Assembly (NCBI RefSeq): GCF_020745735.1
Contig: NW_026867487.1
Coordinates: forward strand, 3,224,001-3,288,000
From: Hemiscyllium ocellatum
Taxonomy: Eukaryota
Length of the DNA: 64,000 nucleotides
Direction of reading: 5' to 3'
The notes beneath the pieces are model-generated. The model did no database searches. It was not told the DNA's origin and saw only the letters and a program-made list of their open reading frames with translations. Shown piece after piece: positions 11,840 through 25,526 of the stretch (within the stretch, counting starts at the first letter, position 1; each line of letters opens with the position of its first letter). The position numbers were made by a program, and so were the translations under genes.

Positions 11840-12345
11840 ATGGTAGTGACAAGGCGGCTAATCAGCGTTTGGGTTGTGTTGGGAGCAATTCTAACAGGTA
11901 AGCATGGAGGAAATGCATTTCACATGTCGTCATTAACTCATCGGGTAAACCGAGCGCAGTCTGACTCTTTACATTTGATATCTGTTTTCCCTTTCAGACT
12001 TGAGTCGCGGAGATTCTGTCACTCAGTCACTCCCCTCAGAAGTTCGCCAGAAGGCGATGCGGTGACACGAACATGTACCTATGATACTACATCGGACATT
12101 TATACATTGTTCTGGTACCGACAGCACCAAGGCTCACAGCCTGAATTTATTTAGTTGGAAGATACTTTTGGTGATGATCATAAAGCAAATTTTGTGCAAG
12201 ATCGTTTCTCTATGGATCTTCAGACCTCGGAGAAATTCACCAGTTTGACTATCGCGAGCTACAGCTGTCTGATGTTGCTGTGTATTACTGCGCTTTCTGG
12301 GACTGCACAGTATTGATAACCAGCCTCCCCCCTGTACAAAAAAAA
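11840..12345 (+). pseudogene. V2: TCR alpha/delta V pseudogene
   Basis: Leader 11840-11897 (upstream in-frame ATG), V exon from 11998. It has a 1-nt deletion in FR1, an in-frame TAG ending at 12154 and a second 1-nt deletion in FR3. RSS is CACAGTA (12306-12312) + 22 nt + A-expanded nonamer. Confidence 0.9.
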
Positions 12346-13251
12346 ACTTCCTTGAATCATTGGATGGGCTCTCGATTGGAGTTTGTGCAAATGGAAGCCT
12401 GATAGAATGCACTGTCAGATGTTCAAACTTGCACCAAGAGGAAACCAAATTAACCTTTGGAACAAACTGTCACTCAATTGTTTCCCAGAGCCGCTGAGAA
12501 AATGAACTACAGACACAGAGCGCTCAGATAGACACAGGAAAGATTAATATTTGAGCAATCACGTTCAAATCACCACCCCTCGTGTGATCCGTTAGACAGT
12601 GAGGAGAATTTTCTTCCGTGAACCCAGCCTCAATTTTATTAGCGAGACCATAATGGAAAAGTAAAGAAGTACATGATGGTGTCTTTATTTTCAAGTCATC
12701 AAGTCTCTTTGCAGCTGCGTTTTTACAGTGGGTACTCTCTTCCCCCACTCCACCGTTCTATCTCGGTATATCTAATATGGTGGGTGAGACGTTCTGGGAA
12801 TTGTATTTAGGTTAATGTAAAGGTGGCAGTATAACAACTGTACTTACTTGCTCTGGCTTGCCTCTTCGTAAGATTTCAGTATTGCACTTCTGTACAAAGA
12901 CGTGAAAATGGAGGGACAATTAATATTGATTATTCTCATTATCCTGAATGAAATCAACGTGGAGAGTTTCACTTGAAATTCTTAGAGGGGTACTGATATG
13001 GAGTGGTAACGTCTTTGCATCTTGGTCAAAAAATCTGGTATAATGAATCAGCTGTTCTAAAGGTATGCATAACACCTCTGAACAGGTCAGTTAGAAAATG
13101 GATGTACTCTAAATTCTGACCGATTATGATTCATATGATATTTCCAAATTGAACATAAGAACTCCACACCATTCATTTTCACACAGTCATTGCTGGTCTT
13201 CTGTAAGATTTCTGTTGCTGACGTGGTGATGCTGTGCTCCTGTCTGTACCG

Positions 13252-13564
13252 GGTATCTGTCTGGCTGCTGGTTGTATCAATCTGATGATCATTACAGGTG
13301 AGGTCGACGGCGGGATCCTCTCTTCCATTGTCTCTGATGTTCAAGGTACTGCATTTCTGTTCCGGTCGTAGTGTGGCCTGAATCCTCCCTGCTCAGACGA
13401 TGCTGCCAGAAGCAGTGATCAGACGTTGCAGCTCCCATCACACCACTTTTACCAGTTTACAAAGTTGTGTATGGTGCTGGATTTGCAACTCATTGTCACC
13501 GAGAAGCCTTTCATGGCCATCACTGCAAGAAGAGAAAGTGTGATCCACTTTTTGGGATGGACGT
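13252..13564 (-). pseudogene. R2: eroded inverted V segment (R family)
   Basis: After acceptor GCGATAG the minus strand reads DVHPKKWITLSLLAVMAMKGFSVTMSCKSSTIHNFVNW*...ELQRLITASGSIV*AGRIQATLRPEQKCSTLNIRDNGREDPAVDL. RSS-like CATCAGA + 20 + ACAGATACC. Confidence 0.8.
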
Positions 13565-13669
13565 CTATCGCATTGAATCAAACTCCATTGGAGAATCGAT
13601 GAAAGGAGATAAGAGGGCAATCATCCAGCTCCCTTTAAACACGCATTTCCCAATGGGGAGACTGTCCAT

Positions 13670-13897
13670 NNNNNNNNNNNNNNNNNNNNNNNNNNNNNNN
13701 NNNNNNNNNNNNNNNNNNNNNNNNNNNNNNNNNNNNNNNNNNNNNNNNNNNNNNNNNNNNNNNNNNNNNNNNNNNNNNNNNNNNNNNNNNNNNNNNNNNN
13801 NNNNNNNNNNNNNNNNNNNNNNNNNNNNNNNNNNNNNNNNNNNNNNNNNNNNNNNNNNNNNNNNNNNNNNNNNNNNNNNNNNNNNNNNNNNNNNNNN
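13670..13897. other. Assembly gap (N run)
   Basis: Run of N; matching gap at 44349-44592. Confidence 1.
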
Positions 13898-15230
13898 CAT
13901 CCCAATTCTTCTCAACGTTTTTAAAGGCTTTACACTGAACATCCCTGTGCTTATCTATTTGGTAGTTAAAGAAAACAGACATTTACACCGTTGACATTAT
14001 CCTGGCATGGGTTAATCCCAGCACCACAGCATTCAGTTTGAGAAGATGTCTACGTAGATAAATCATTTCCGAGGAAGGGTCAGTCGACACTTAACATTAC
14101 ATCTGACTTTGCATCACAGATTCTGGCAGACCTGCTGAAATTTTCCAGCAACTTATGTTTCTGTTTTTCAAATTCTGTTTCTCTGTTTCATTCCTTTAAG
14201 TTGAATGTGATGCAATTCCACGTTCTGCTGGTGCATTTCATGGGAAAGGCGAAACACATAGTGCATTCAGCCTGAGTGAGAGCAACAACGGCTGGCGCCA
14301 TTCAAACAGAAAACATCATCAACTCAGGGGCAGTGTGCATTGCTTTCTTCTCTCAACGTGCATAACCAGCAGAGATTCATCAGATCGATGTTCATATTTT
14401 AAAGTCTTTTTTGTCCTTTGCTTCTCTTTGCTGAGAATTCCAATGACCCCTTTCCCCGAGCCCAATCTCAGTTTATCAAAATCATAGCCCACATTTTTGT
14501 CAAGACGACATGTGACTTTGCTAATGAACGTTGGCTCATACAGAATCGACTGATCTCGGAATGGAATTAATCTGATCCGTAAAAATGCAGAATCAAATTT
14601 CAATTCATTGGAATGCTTCTTCAGCTGCCTTCTTCAAAGCTGGTAAACTTGATTACTTTCTTGATTTGTTTGTGACGATCAACGTGCCTGGCATTCATCT
14701 CCCAAACTGGACTCCAAAGTCTGGAACCCGCCTCATTAGAATTCCAGGAATGCAACACAAAATTACACGATGTTATTCAATGGCTGGAGGTGAACGCGAT
14801 CAATCGTGCTTTTTATTTATCACCATGTGAATAATTCTGCACTCGAGGAGTAAACTGTGTGGAGGCATCATGTGATAATATCCCGGAATTGAGTCAGGAG
14901 GCCTACCTTGAAGTGCCACAACTGTGGAAATGGTCAATGAAAACTTGATGAAAACCTGATTACATCTGGAAATGTCGATCCCAACCCGAGAGAGTGTTCT
15001 GAAATGGAATGCATAATCTCAGAATATGAAAGCACACCTTGAAGAAATATGATCAGGCATCTAGAGGAAAATGAAACTGTGGAATTATTTGCCACAGAGG
15101 CTGTGCTGCAGGTATATTCAAGACTGATATGGTCGTAGCAAAGCTAAACAGGCTGTGCCTATATCCTCGAGAGTAGAGAAGTGTCAACTGTGAACGAACA
15201 AACAGCAAGAAGAAGAAAGAATGGAAACCA

Positions 15231-17600
15231 GAAGACTATACGACCATAAGACATAGGAGCAGAAATTAGGTCATTAAGCATTAAGCCCATCGAGTCTGCT
15301 CCACAGTTGAATCATGGCTGATAAGTTTCTCAAACCCATTCTCCGGCTTTCTCCATTACCCTTGATCTCCATGATACACAAAAACCTACCTCTCTCAGTC
15401 TCTTATATACCATGACCTGGCATGCACAGCCTTCTTTGGGAATGAATTCTATAGATGAACCACTCCCTGGCGGGAGTAGTTTCTCTTTAACTTCGTTAAC
15501 CTTTCCTCTACTCCAGGGCATGCCCCTGGTCTGAGACTCTCCTACCAATTGAAACATCTTCCCAGTATCTACTCTGTCCAGGCCATTCAGTAAGGTGTGT
15601 GATTCAACTGGAACTCTCTCATCCTTCTCATCCTCAACCTCATCGAGAATAAACGCAGAATCATCAAATGTTGCGCATATGTTAAGCTTTTCATTTATGG
15701 GTCCATTCTCATGAACATCCTCTAAAAAAAGCTCCAAGCCCAGTACTTCCTTCTTGTGATATTGGGCCCAAACCTGAATACAATACTACACATGTGGTCT
15801 GACCAGGCCTCAGAGAGCCTCACAGGTATATTATTACTGTTATCTTGAAGTTGTCTCAAAATAAACGCCATCATTGCATTTGCCTTCCTAACTGCTGACT
15901 CAACCTACAAGTTTTCTTTGAGAAAATCCTGGACTAAAACTCCCAAGTCTCTTTGCACTTCAGACTTCTGAATTTTCTGCCCATTTGGAAAACAGTCCGT
16001 GCTTTAAGTCTCTCTAATAAAGTGCATGATCTCACGCTTCCCCACGTTGTACTCTAAATGCCCACTCTCCTAACCTGTCCAAAAGTTTCTGCAGCTTTCC
16101 CAACTCCTCAATGCTACTGACCCCTCTGCCTACCTTTTCATCATTCATGTAAAATGTGAAAAATTGCATTCTCAACATCGAACTTTCTGGAACACCATTT
16201 GTCGCTGGCTGCCAGCGTGAGAAGGACCCTTTTATCCCCACTCACTGCTTTCTTCCAGACAGCCAGTCCTATTGGACCCTCCCCAATTCTAGTGGTTACT
16301 GAAAGACCACCACTAACATCTCCGCTATCTCTTCAGATAGCTACCTTAAAACGTTGTTTTCCCACGTTAGGCCGTTCAGTTTTTCTAGCTGTTTCTCCTT
16401 GGTTATGGCCAACATCCTCAGCACTACCAACTCCTTCTTGAATTTTTGGGAGATTCATCAAGTGCTCTATGTGCAGAATGACGGAAAATAATTATTTAAT
16501 CCCTCAGCCAATTCCTTGTTCCTTACAATTATCTCTCCGTCATCATTTTCCAATGGCCCAGGGTCCACTTTTGCCTTTTATGTTTTTAAAGAAACTCTCA
16601 CAGTCTTCCTGTACATTATTGGCCAGGTTACCCTCACATGTAACCTGTTCTCTCCTTATTTATTTATTTGTTCCACTCTGTTGGCCCTTGTAGGCTTCCT
16701 AATCCTTTGGTTTCCCACTGCCCTTCCTCACACTATATACTTTCTTTATGGCTTTTATGATGTCCCTGGCTTCCCAAGTCAGCCATGGTTGCCGCCTCCT
16801 CTTTAATCCAGGTGTCGTTATCGTCGAGATGAACCTCAGATGTGTCTCCTAAATAACATTCAGAAACTCCTGTCATTGCTGTTCCACTGTCTTTCTTGCA
16901 CGGCTCCTCGCACAGTCAGTTCTACCCTGCTCCTTCCTTATGCCTCTGTAGTTGTCTTTATTCAGCTGTAATACAGTTACCTCTGATTCTACCAACTCCA
17001 TACCAAATTGTAGAGTAAAAGCAATCATATTATGATCATTGCCTCCCAAGGTTTCGTTCATCATATTGTCCTTTATCAGGTCTGCCTCATTGTACAGCAC
17101 TAAGTCCTGTATTGCGTGTTCCATACTCAGCTCCCACACAAGCTATTCCAAAACGCCATCTCATTGACATCCCACAAATTCTCTTCCTTGAACTCCACTA
17201 TGACTGTGACTTTCCCAGTCCACCTGAATATTGAAATCACTCATGATCACTCGAACTCTGCCTTTCAAAAAAAAATCTATTACCTGCTACATTTTGCATC
17301 CCGGTTCCTGACCACTGATTGGAGGCCAATACATAATCAACTCTATTTTTTTAACCGTTGCTGTTCCTCAATTCTACCCACAGAGATTCTAAACTATCTG
17401 AACTTGCTTCATTTCTTACTATTGATTTAATTTCGTTTCTTACTCATCAGGCAAACCCACCTCCTCTGCCCACTGGCCTATCTTTTTGTTGGGATGAACG
17501 AGCTTCAATATTCACCTCCCAATCCTGATGTCTTGGCAGAAGCGTCTCCATGATGTCCCCACGTCATAGCTGCCAACTTAGATGTGCACTACACGCACAT
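15231..17600 (-). mobile_element. Decayed CR1-type LINE
   Basis: Starts with a typical shark CR1 3' end (AAGACCATAAGACATAGGAGCAG). Minus-strand fragments LNGLDRVDTGKMFQLVGESQTRG, SRWQPATNGVP, LGGNDHNMIAFTLQF. Confidence 0.85.
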
Positions 17601-17699
17601 TTCCCTTATTCCTTATACTATCGCAGTTACTAACACGTTACTGCATGAACACACGCACCGAAAGGCCTCCTCCGTCAGTTAGTTACAATCATAGGGCCT

Positions 17700-18050
17700 G
17701 AGCATGGTATTAGCCAGCTTCTAAATCTCCCACTCCCTTATCCCATTCTAAGCTCAGTTCTCCCGCTGCACTCTGCCCCATATATCCTGACCCGACCTGT
17801 CCATATTCCTTCTCATTCATTGGCTCCATCCTTCCCAATGAGCAATCACTGCCAATCTCTACTTGATACCACGTACCTTCCCCAGTCCCATCAATTCACT
17901 CTTTTTTTTGCAGCCCCCTTCCCCTACTCCTGCCCTGATGAAAGGTTCTGACCTGAACCGTCAACACCCTTTCTCTGGCGATGCTACTTGACCTTCTGGG
18001 CTTTTTCCAATCCAATTCTACATGCGCTCTGACGTTTCAGCATCTCTTGT
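17700..18050 (+). mobile_element. Old Penelope-like element 3' remnant
   Basis: C-rich tract followed by CCTGATGAAAGG...GATGCTACTTGACC...CAGCATCT, similar to the PLE terminus at 51100-51236. Confidence 0.55.
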
Positions 18051-19237
18051 CTTCAACACCTCAATCATAAAGCCTTAGCAATGTAAGACATAGAAGTATT
18101 CGATGACCAGTCATCCCAACGAAACATGAAGTCTGGTAAATATCAAGTTCACAGTATGCTTGGTTTCTCTACTGTGAATACAGTCGTCTGTCTCAGCATA
18201 AACGTAGCAGCCCAGCCTCTGTGGTAAAGATTTCCTCAGATGTACCTCCCTTCAACAGAAGAAATTGCTGTTAATTTCAGTTTAAACGTATGAACCGTTG
18301 TGCAAAGATTCTGCTGTCTGGTCTTCGGCTCTTGCACAGGGAGAACAACTTTTCTGCACTACCTTGCCGAGTTTTCATTGCACACTCTGAAGCAGGTGGA
18401 AACTGAACTTTAGCAACCCAACTCAAAAGATGGGAAATTACGACCACGCTTAGATACCAAAGATTTATTCTCATGATGATGAACAGAAAGCATATTTGTT
18501 CGCATTCATTTCTCAGGAGCTATCCAGCCCTGAAATACCAGGATCGATTTTTCTATTATATCAGTGGTGATGTGTTTTTTGTGTCGGGTCTCGTGAAGAG
18601 TGCTTGTTCTGTTAATTGCCACCAACAAATTAATAGTTAAAGAATATTTCCCAGCAAGAGGGAGGACTGTTAACTTGTCTGCCAAAGCAAGAGGGTGGAC
18701 AGATAACTTGTCTTCCAAAGTAACAGTCATCAACTTCTGAATTACTATCCAAGATCCTGCTGGATAAGTTTGAGTTTGAGTTTAATGGTGCCACAAGGAT
18801 TATGCCTCGGGTGGAAAGCCGGGTGGTGACGTACCTGAGTAATTTAGCGCCATCCATGAACCATTTGCTCGTAAATCTTGTCGTTTGTTGGGGATGTGGG
18901 GCAGAAAAACGATAGAGACTTGAAATTAAGGGCACTAGGAATATGATGAATTGCTTCTCATGGATGGAAGTCAATCCATCAGATCCTCCTCTTTAAGGTC
19001 AGTAATTGTCACACAGTCAGTGGTCTGTCAACTTATCGAGATTCTCCACACCTCTTCCCATCTCACAGAAGCACAAGACAAACATTTTTCACTGGATTGG
19101 CCGAAATATACGTGACCATAAATCATCCATTCATTTGACGAGATTGAAACATCCAGGATCATGACATCATTGTGGGCGGGGATTCAAAATGGGTATCTTC
19201 AAATATCTAGCATTATTGTTCAATAGTTCACAGTGAA

Positions 19238-19690
19238 AGTGCATCAACTCCGCATCTGGTTTACGTTGGGACCAATTCTTCCAGTAAATGTAGAGTGAGG
19301 ACATTTCCCATTCCTTTATTTAATTATCTTTCAAACTGACACTAGCCAGACGTTTTATAATTTAGATCTATTTTACTTTTCAGACCTGAGCCGTGGCAAT
19401 TCTGTCACTCAGTCGCTCTCCTCAGATACTCAGAAAGAAGGAAAGGCATTGACTGTAACCTGTGCATGCAATACTACGTTGAGTACTTTGATACTTTGAT
19501 ACTGAAAGCGCCGAGACACATAGCCTGAGCCCAGGCTGCAGAATGACAATGAAGGCTATAAGCATTCAGGTGATTTTGCTAAAGGTTGCATCTCTGCAGT
19601 ATTTCAGACCTCAAAGTAATTCACCAGTTTGACTATCACCGGGCTACAGCTGACTGACTCTGCCTTGTATTAATGCGTTTAGTGCTGCTC
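19238..19690 (+). pseudogene. V3: heavily decayed TCR alpha/delta V pseudogene
   Basis: Exon from 19384 reads DLSRGNSVTQSLSSDTQKEGKALTVTC...*Y*...FTSLTITGLQLTDSALY*C with several stops. Leader and RSS are degenerate. Confidence 0.85.
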
Positions 19691-20217
19691 TCATAGATGA
19701 GAAACAACATGAGACCTGTACGAAAACGACCTCCAATGGTGGTTCAACATCAATCTGTTGGAGTTTATCTGGCCTCCGGGCAATGAGAATGAGATGCAGC
19801 GAGCTCACACTAGCACAAAGAGAAAACGAAAAAAACCTTGGACTAAACTTTAACCCTGCTGTGTAACTGAGCTGCTGGTAAACTAAATTGCACACTCTCA
19901 ACAGAGGCATACAGAGACGGAACAGAATTACACGTGAAGGCATCCGTTCAAATCCCCACCACCAACAATCTGTTGAAGCATCTGATGCAGACCATGAGCT
20001 GGGAACAAATTTTCCTTCTCCGAGTTTCACATCCCCATTGCTGACAATGAATGAAGCGTGAACATTTGGAAACACAGCAGGGCATTACTGAAGGCCACGT
20101 TGTAGGTAGAGTGTGACCGCAAATAATGATTTCAGTACTTTGATAGAATGTTGAATCTATCATAATTGTTGTGACCATTTTGATCTTTATCGTGTTGCTT
20201 CCAGCACAACGTGGCAC

Positions 20218-20250
<33 letters not shown>

Positions 20251-20255
20251 TGTGT
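20218..20255. repeat. (TG)n microsatellite
   Basis: Seen directly. Confidence 0.95.
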
Positions 20256-21619
20256 AGATACGTGTGTGTTCATTTGATCGGATACTTCGACGATGAGTAG
20301 ACCAAATGTTTCAATCAAGACGTTGAACAGCGAGCTGTTGTTCACAAACACTTTTCAAAACATACATTGTCTTCTGGTATCAGGATATAGCCATTGTCAG
20401 AGAGCACGGCATGCCATTGTATAAGGGGAAATTGTTAGTCTGATAAAATCCAGAACAATGCAAAAATTGTCAAGAGAAAATACAAACTTTTTCACTGTTC
20501 TCAAAGCACCAATGCACCCACCACCATTTACAACTCATATAAGAAAATTACAACGAAGTGAAAAAACCAATCATTCGTCCCTTCATACATATACCGTGAG
20601 TTCCAAATTTTTGTTCAGTGATGTCCTTTACACTGGCATTTATGCATGCTGGCAGTTTACACCTTCTATGTCAATTTAGTTATCTGTTTTCATACTGACC
20701 ATATTGTCACTTTTAACCTCTCCAGCAGGTCATAACAGTTTTTAAGAAATCACTGTAGAAAATTCATGACCACAGACCTACTCTCTTACTTGACTGCAGT
20801 CAAAAGGCTTTAATTACGTAAAACAGGGCAGGAGAAGTGTGACATGTTGCCCTTCGAGACAGTTCCAGAATTCGATGAGATCATTGCTGATCTGATAATC
20901 ATTTAATCGACCTTCATGCATTTTCCACATAATAATTGATTCAATTCCTACTAATGAATCTGCGTAAGTCAGCCTTCAATATACTTACGAAACTAGACTC
21001 TTCACAACTGTTGACCATATCTATTTCCCTTTGTGTGAAGAACTTTCTCCTCCACTCCGTCATTCTAGGATTGCACACTTGGTCCTAATCACTCCCAAAG
21101 TTAGTAAAAGCTTTTCCACGTCATGCTGAGAAGAACACAAAACACGCTTGTTCACCATCATTTCTCAGCAGACATCTGGCCCTTCAATAATATAGCATAT
21201 CGTTGAGGAAGATTAGTGATGTTGTCTGTTGGTAGTTGCACACATTAGAGTGCAGTGATGGCGATCAATGCTTGGTCAGCTGGTTGTCATGAACAAATCA
21301 ATCATTTTGGAACATTTCCCAGCCACAGGGAGGACAGCTTGAAGTGTATGCCCAATTGCAGAGAACTTAACTTATTATTCGTTTTAATTATCTCCCCAAC
21401 GCAACAGCCATCTGCTTCTGAACTAATGATCGATCTGCACAACAATACTGCAGATGAACGGTGATAAAATCATTTGAACATGTTTCCAAACAGAGACTGG
21501 GACAGATAGAATATTAAACCGTGAAACTGCACCTACCAAAACACACAGGTCAATACCTCCACCGAATCTTTAAAAGGAAGCACTCATACAGACCTAACTG
21601 TGCATACACATAAGCAGTT

Positions 21620-22500
21620 AATCTATATGTTCAGATGTGCACATGCACAAAAAAGACACACGCACACATACACGCACACAGAAATACACACAGACGTTAT
21701 CAGACATGTCGGGTGCTGGTATCTCAGACATCACTAGTGGCATCTTTCAGATGTACAGTGGGTCCAGTTCAGTGAGAGAGAAAGACGCCCACAGAGTTGT
21801 GAAACTAAGGTGAGACTGAGCTCAGGAGAATTTTGAAATAAACCAAAAGAGGGACAGTACTAATTTTGAGACTGAGTCAAAAGAAAGAGAAGGATAGGAC
21901 CATCATAACCGACAATAAAATCAATATCAGATATCTAGCAGGATAAATTTGAGATTAAATTCAATGTTCTGCAAGGTGGACTTTGAGAGATTGTATTTTG
22001 AGAAGGGATTGTTTGTAACAGTTTGTAGGGATTGCTGGTGCGGTGGATATCTGGGGAACAGCGTGGCATTGGGGGCAGCCGTGAACTGTTTGAAAATATA
22101 AAATGGCCTCATTTGGGAAAGTCGGCAGAAGAAGATGAGTCACGAGAGTAAGGATCATGTGAATCTGGGAAAGAGCTTATCATGGAAAGATTTCATCTAT
22201 CAGAATTCTCAGTGCTACATTTCAAGTGCAATGCCCATAACCCAGATCAGGACGTATCAATTCTCTGTGAGTCTTCTCACTTCCATTTGCCCTCAATGCA
22301 GTGGTGCGAGAATCTCCAGAGACATGTCAGCATTTCACTGAGGGTGAGTTTATCGATTGTGCATTAACTTTGTTAAGTCTCTCATCTGTTAGAATGACCA
22401 CGTTGGTTTGAGTTCTTTCGTATCTAAATTGCAAAACATTTTATAACGTTACATTCTCAAGTGAACTTTAACAATTGGTGTCATGTTGGCCCAGGTAATG
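21620..22500 (+). other. Orphan V upstream module (CA tract, conserved 5' flank, possible leader relic) with no V exon behind it
   Basis: GTGAGACTGAGCTCAG block and later blocks match flanks of V1/V2/V6; possible donor CCAG|GTAATG at 22494/5. No V exon follows. Copy at 52530-53430. Confidence 0.5.
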
Positions 22501-22659
22501 CATTGAAGGTTTGAGCTTCCCTGTGTGAGACTGTCAGGGCCACAATGGTCAGACTGATTCTAATCTTTAAAAAAAAACGGATTTACAGAATCTTACATGT
22601 AAATACATGTAAAATTTAATTCTGTAAGTACAGATTCACCCTACAAACGCATGTGTATA

Positions 22660-22668
22660 TTTGTCTGT

Positions 22669-22706
<38 letters not shown>

Positions 22707-22990
22707 AGGGGGGGGGTGGTTGGGCGGGTTCATGTCACACTACATGTGACCCCATTGCACCGTCCGCACACACAGACAGATGCACACTCCCAGACACTCA
22801 CACCCACATAGACACATACCCACATAAAATCCTATACACACATACAATCCTGCACACACACAGACACTCCTATACACACACAAACTCCCAAACACATACA
22901 AACTCCTACACACATACAGACCCAGACCAAATTGTGCTCACACTCACACATATACACGCACTCTCTCACAGAGACCCATAACACCCCCAC
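22660..22990. repeat. (TG)n plus degenerate CA-rich minisatellite
   Basis: Repeated ACTCCTAYACACACAYA-like units. Confidence 0.8.
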
Positions 22991-23440
22991 CACTCCCCCC
23001 ACACATTACGATTTCCCTAATACTAATGCATTTCCCAACTTAGCCTTGAACGTACTTGTATAGCCCAATCCTCTGCAAAGGAATTTCCAAGATTGATTTA
23101 CCTCTGAGAGAAGAAGTTTCTCCTAATCTCACTCTGAAATGCGCAACTCCTTACTCTAAGATTGCAACCTTTGGTTTTGGTCTATCCCGCACGGGAAAAT
23201 CATTTTTCTGTATTCAACTGCCCAGTAGTATTGTACAGCTCTGGAGTAGTCGGCATGTTAACGTGGGCTTCCTGACTCAAAGGGAGGCACACTGTCCACG
23301 ACACCACAAGAGCCCTTTCACTCCACCTGTTTCACCAGGGAAATATTGTCGTCATTCTGACAATGTCAAAGCATTTTTGTTCAAGTCATCTCTCTGCAGA
23401 CATGCAATCCTGGAATAACATAATCTAATTTTGTGTTACT

Positions 23441-23744
23441 TTAGATTACTTCCAGTGTGGAAACAGGCTCTTTTAGCCAACAAGTCCACACCGACCCGCT
23501 GAAGTGCAACCCACCCATTCCCCTGCATTTGCCCCTTTACATAACATTTTGCACAATTTAGCATGGCCAATTCACCTAACCTGCGCATCTTTGGACTGTG
23601 GGAGGAAACTGGAGCACCCGGAGGAAACCCATGCAGAGATGGGGAGAATGTGCAAACTCCACACAGTCAGTCGCCTGAGTTGGGAATTGAACCCGGGTCT
23701 CTGGCACTGTGAGGCAGCAGTGCTAACCACTGTGCCACCATGCC
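23441..23744 (-). mobile_element. HE1-type tRNA-derived SINE
   Basis: Minus strand begins GGCATGGTGGCACAGTGGTTAGCACTGC (A box) and GGTTCAATTCC (B box); ends in a TTAGATTAC-type tail. Confidence 0.88.
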
Positions 23745-24219
23745 GTCTTGTTCTATCGGAGTAGTTGCACATCTTAGCATCCACTGGTGGGGATGAATGT
23801 CTGGTTTGCTAACAGTCACAAACAAATCAACAATGAAATAAAATTTTCCCACAATACCGTGGACAGCTTGGAATGGCACGGACGTTGTGGATAATCTAAT
23901 TTTTTTGACTGCTATAATGATTAAACTCGTTGAGTCATGAGTTCTGCCCAATGTGTACAAATGTTCCCTCATCCACAAAGTGACTCCGAGCAAATGCACC
24001 CTCTAAACAGACTGTGGACTGTGATGACAGGAGATGGAGGCAAGATTGTTCAAAACAAAATTCGTCTGAGCAAAGAGAAATTACAGGCAAGCGAGTTGAG
24101 AGCAGCAAATATTTCATACAGATCACGTGTGCGATTTGATGTTGCTGGCAGATTGAATGGTGCTCTCAGCTGCTGTCCTAACTCTGATTGAAGCCCTGAA
24201 GTGTTTGACCTTCCTGATG

Positions 24220-24250
24220 TGCAGTAGCGGACATTCACCAGCAGATGGCG
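24220..24250 (+). promoter_or_regulatory. Predicted CTCF-binding element with upstream motif (TGCAGTAGC-N9-CCAGCAGATGGCG)
   Basis: Core fits the CC(A/G)(C/G)(C/T)AG(A/G)(G/T)GGC(A/G) consensus; 1.28 kb upstream of the V4 ATG; identical at 55119-55149. Confidence 0.62.
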
Positions 24251-25526
24251 GAATTTTAGCATGTGCAGCAAAATCTGGAAATTGCGTTTTATTTCATTGA
24301 TCCATTCATTATCATTTCTCGAAACAACTTAACTTCCAAAGCAATGGCCAATTCTTTCAGTCCGCGCGTTAGACTCCTGAAGCAACACACCAGCTGAAAT
24401 TTTATAATGTTTTGACAATGGTTCCAATCAGACACAGAACAAAAAACACACACAGCAGCACGGTGAAAACATTCAAATACAGACATAAGTCTGCGAAAAC
24501 AAATGTGCGCTTCTTAACATTCGTACAGACACTCATACACGCTGTCTTAAGCACTTGCACCAGAAGGCACATATGCACGCATACACACACTGGATAAAAT
24601 AAACAGAAACACATTCATACTCGAATGCATGCGTGGACATAAACACACTTAACTAAACATGGGCAAGCACAAGCACACGCACGCATGTGTGCACACACAC
24701 ATACATACAGAGTCTCACTGTGTCTCTCTGTCTCTGCCTCTGTCTTACACACACATATTCATAGATTATGAGGGTGCTAGGATCTAAGACAGCATCTGTG
24801 AGATTGTTCAGGAGAACAATGGATCCTGCTCTATGAAGCCTCTGCGCTCCGAGAGATAGAAAGGCAAAGAGAAGGAGGAATGATGGTGAAACAGCTCAGT
24901 GAGGATATCTGACAGGAACCAAACAAAGACCGGAAGCGTGATTTCCTTGAGCACGAGGCAAGAAAACAGCAGCAGAGGATGAGAATAAAGGGGAATTTGT
25001 TAAAATTGATTCCAGAGATATTGCTGGATAAGGTTGAGATTGAGTTCAGCGATGGGGAGATTGGAATGAGTGATTGTATTTTAAGAGAGAGAGAAAGAGA
25101 GAGCAGTTCGTGAGCCCACAGGAATCACACATGGTGTCTAAATCTCGCGTGCAGCTTACATGGTTAATTTCAGTGCACCCATTAATTGGTTTTTCACAAG
25201 AATTAGCGTCAACTGGGGGTGGTTGACAGTAAAAGGCGAGAGTCTTGGAAGTAGTATACTCGGAATCTGGAAATTGCATATCATAGATTAAAGCCATTGT
25301 CTTAGAATGCGCAAGGCCCCTTGTTAAGGGCAGTTACTCGAACCCAGCTTGGCGAATGTGCATTACTCGGGAGTCACCTCTCCTCCTCCAACCTCTCCAA
25401 TATATCACCAAGAAAAGGCAGTGAGTTGTGTACATGCAGGTTCAGTGCGGCAGTGCATTGAGGGAGGAGTTATAGAACGGCTGTCTTTAAATTCAATGCA
25501 GCCCTATTCCATTCAGGACAGAGACA

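Noticed and set aside
14480-14540. Nonamer-like ACAAAAATG on the minus strand
   Set aside because: No heptamer at 12 or 23 nt spacing.
19900-20150. Expected R partner downstream of V3
   Set aside because: No convincing alignment to R1-R5 by eye.
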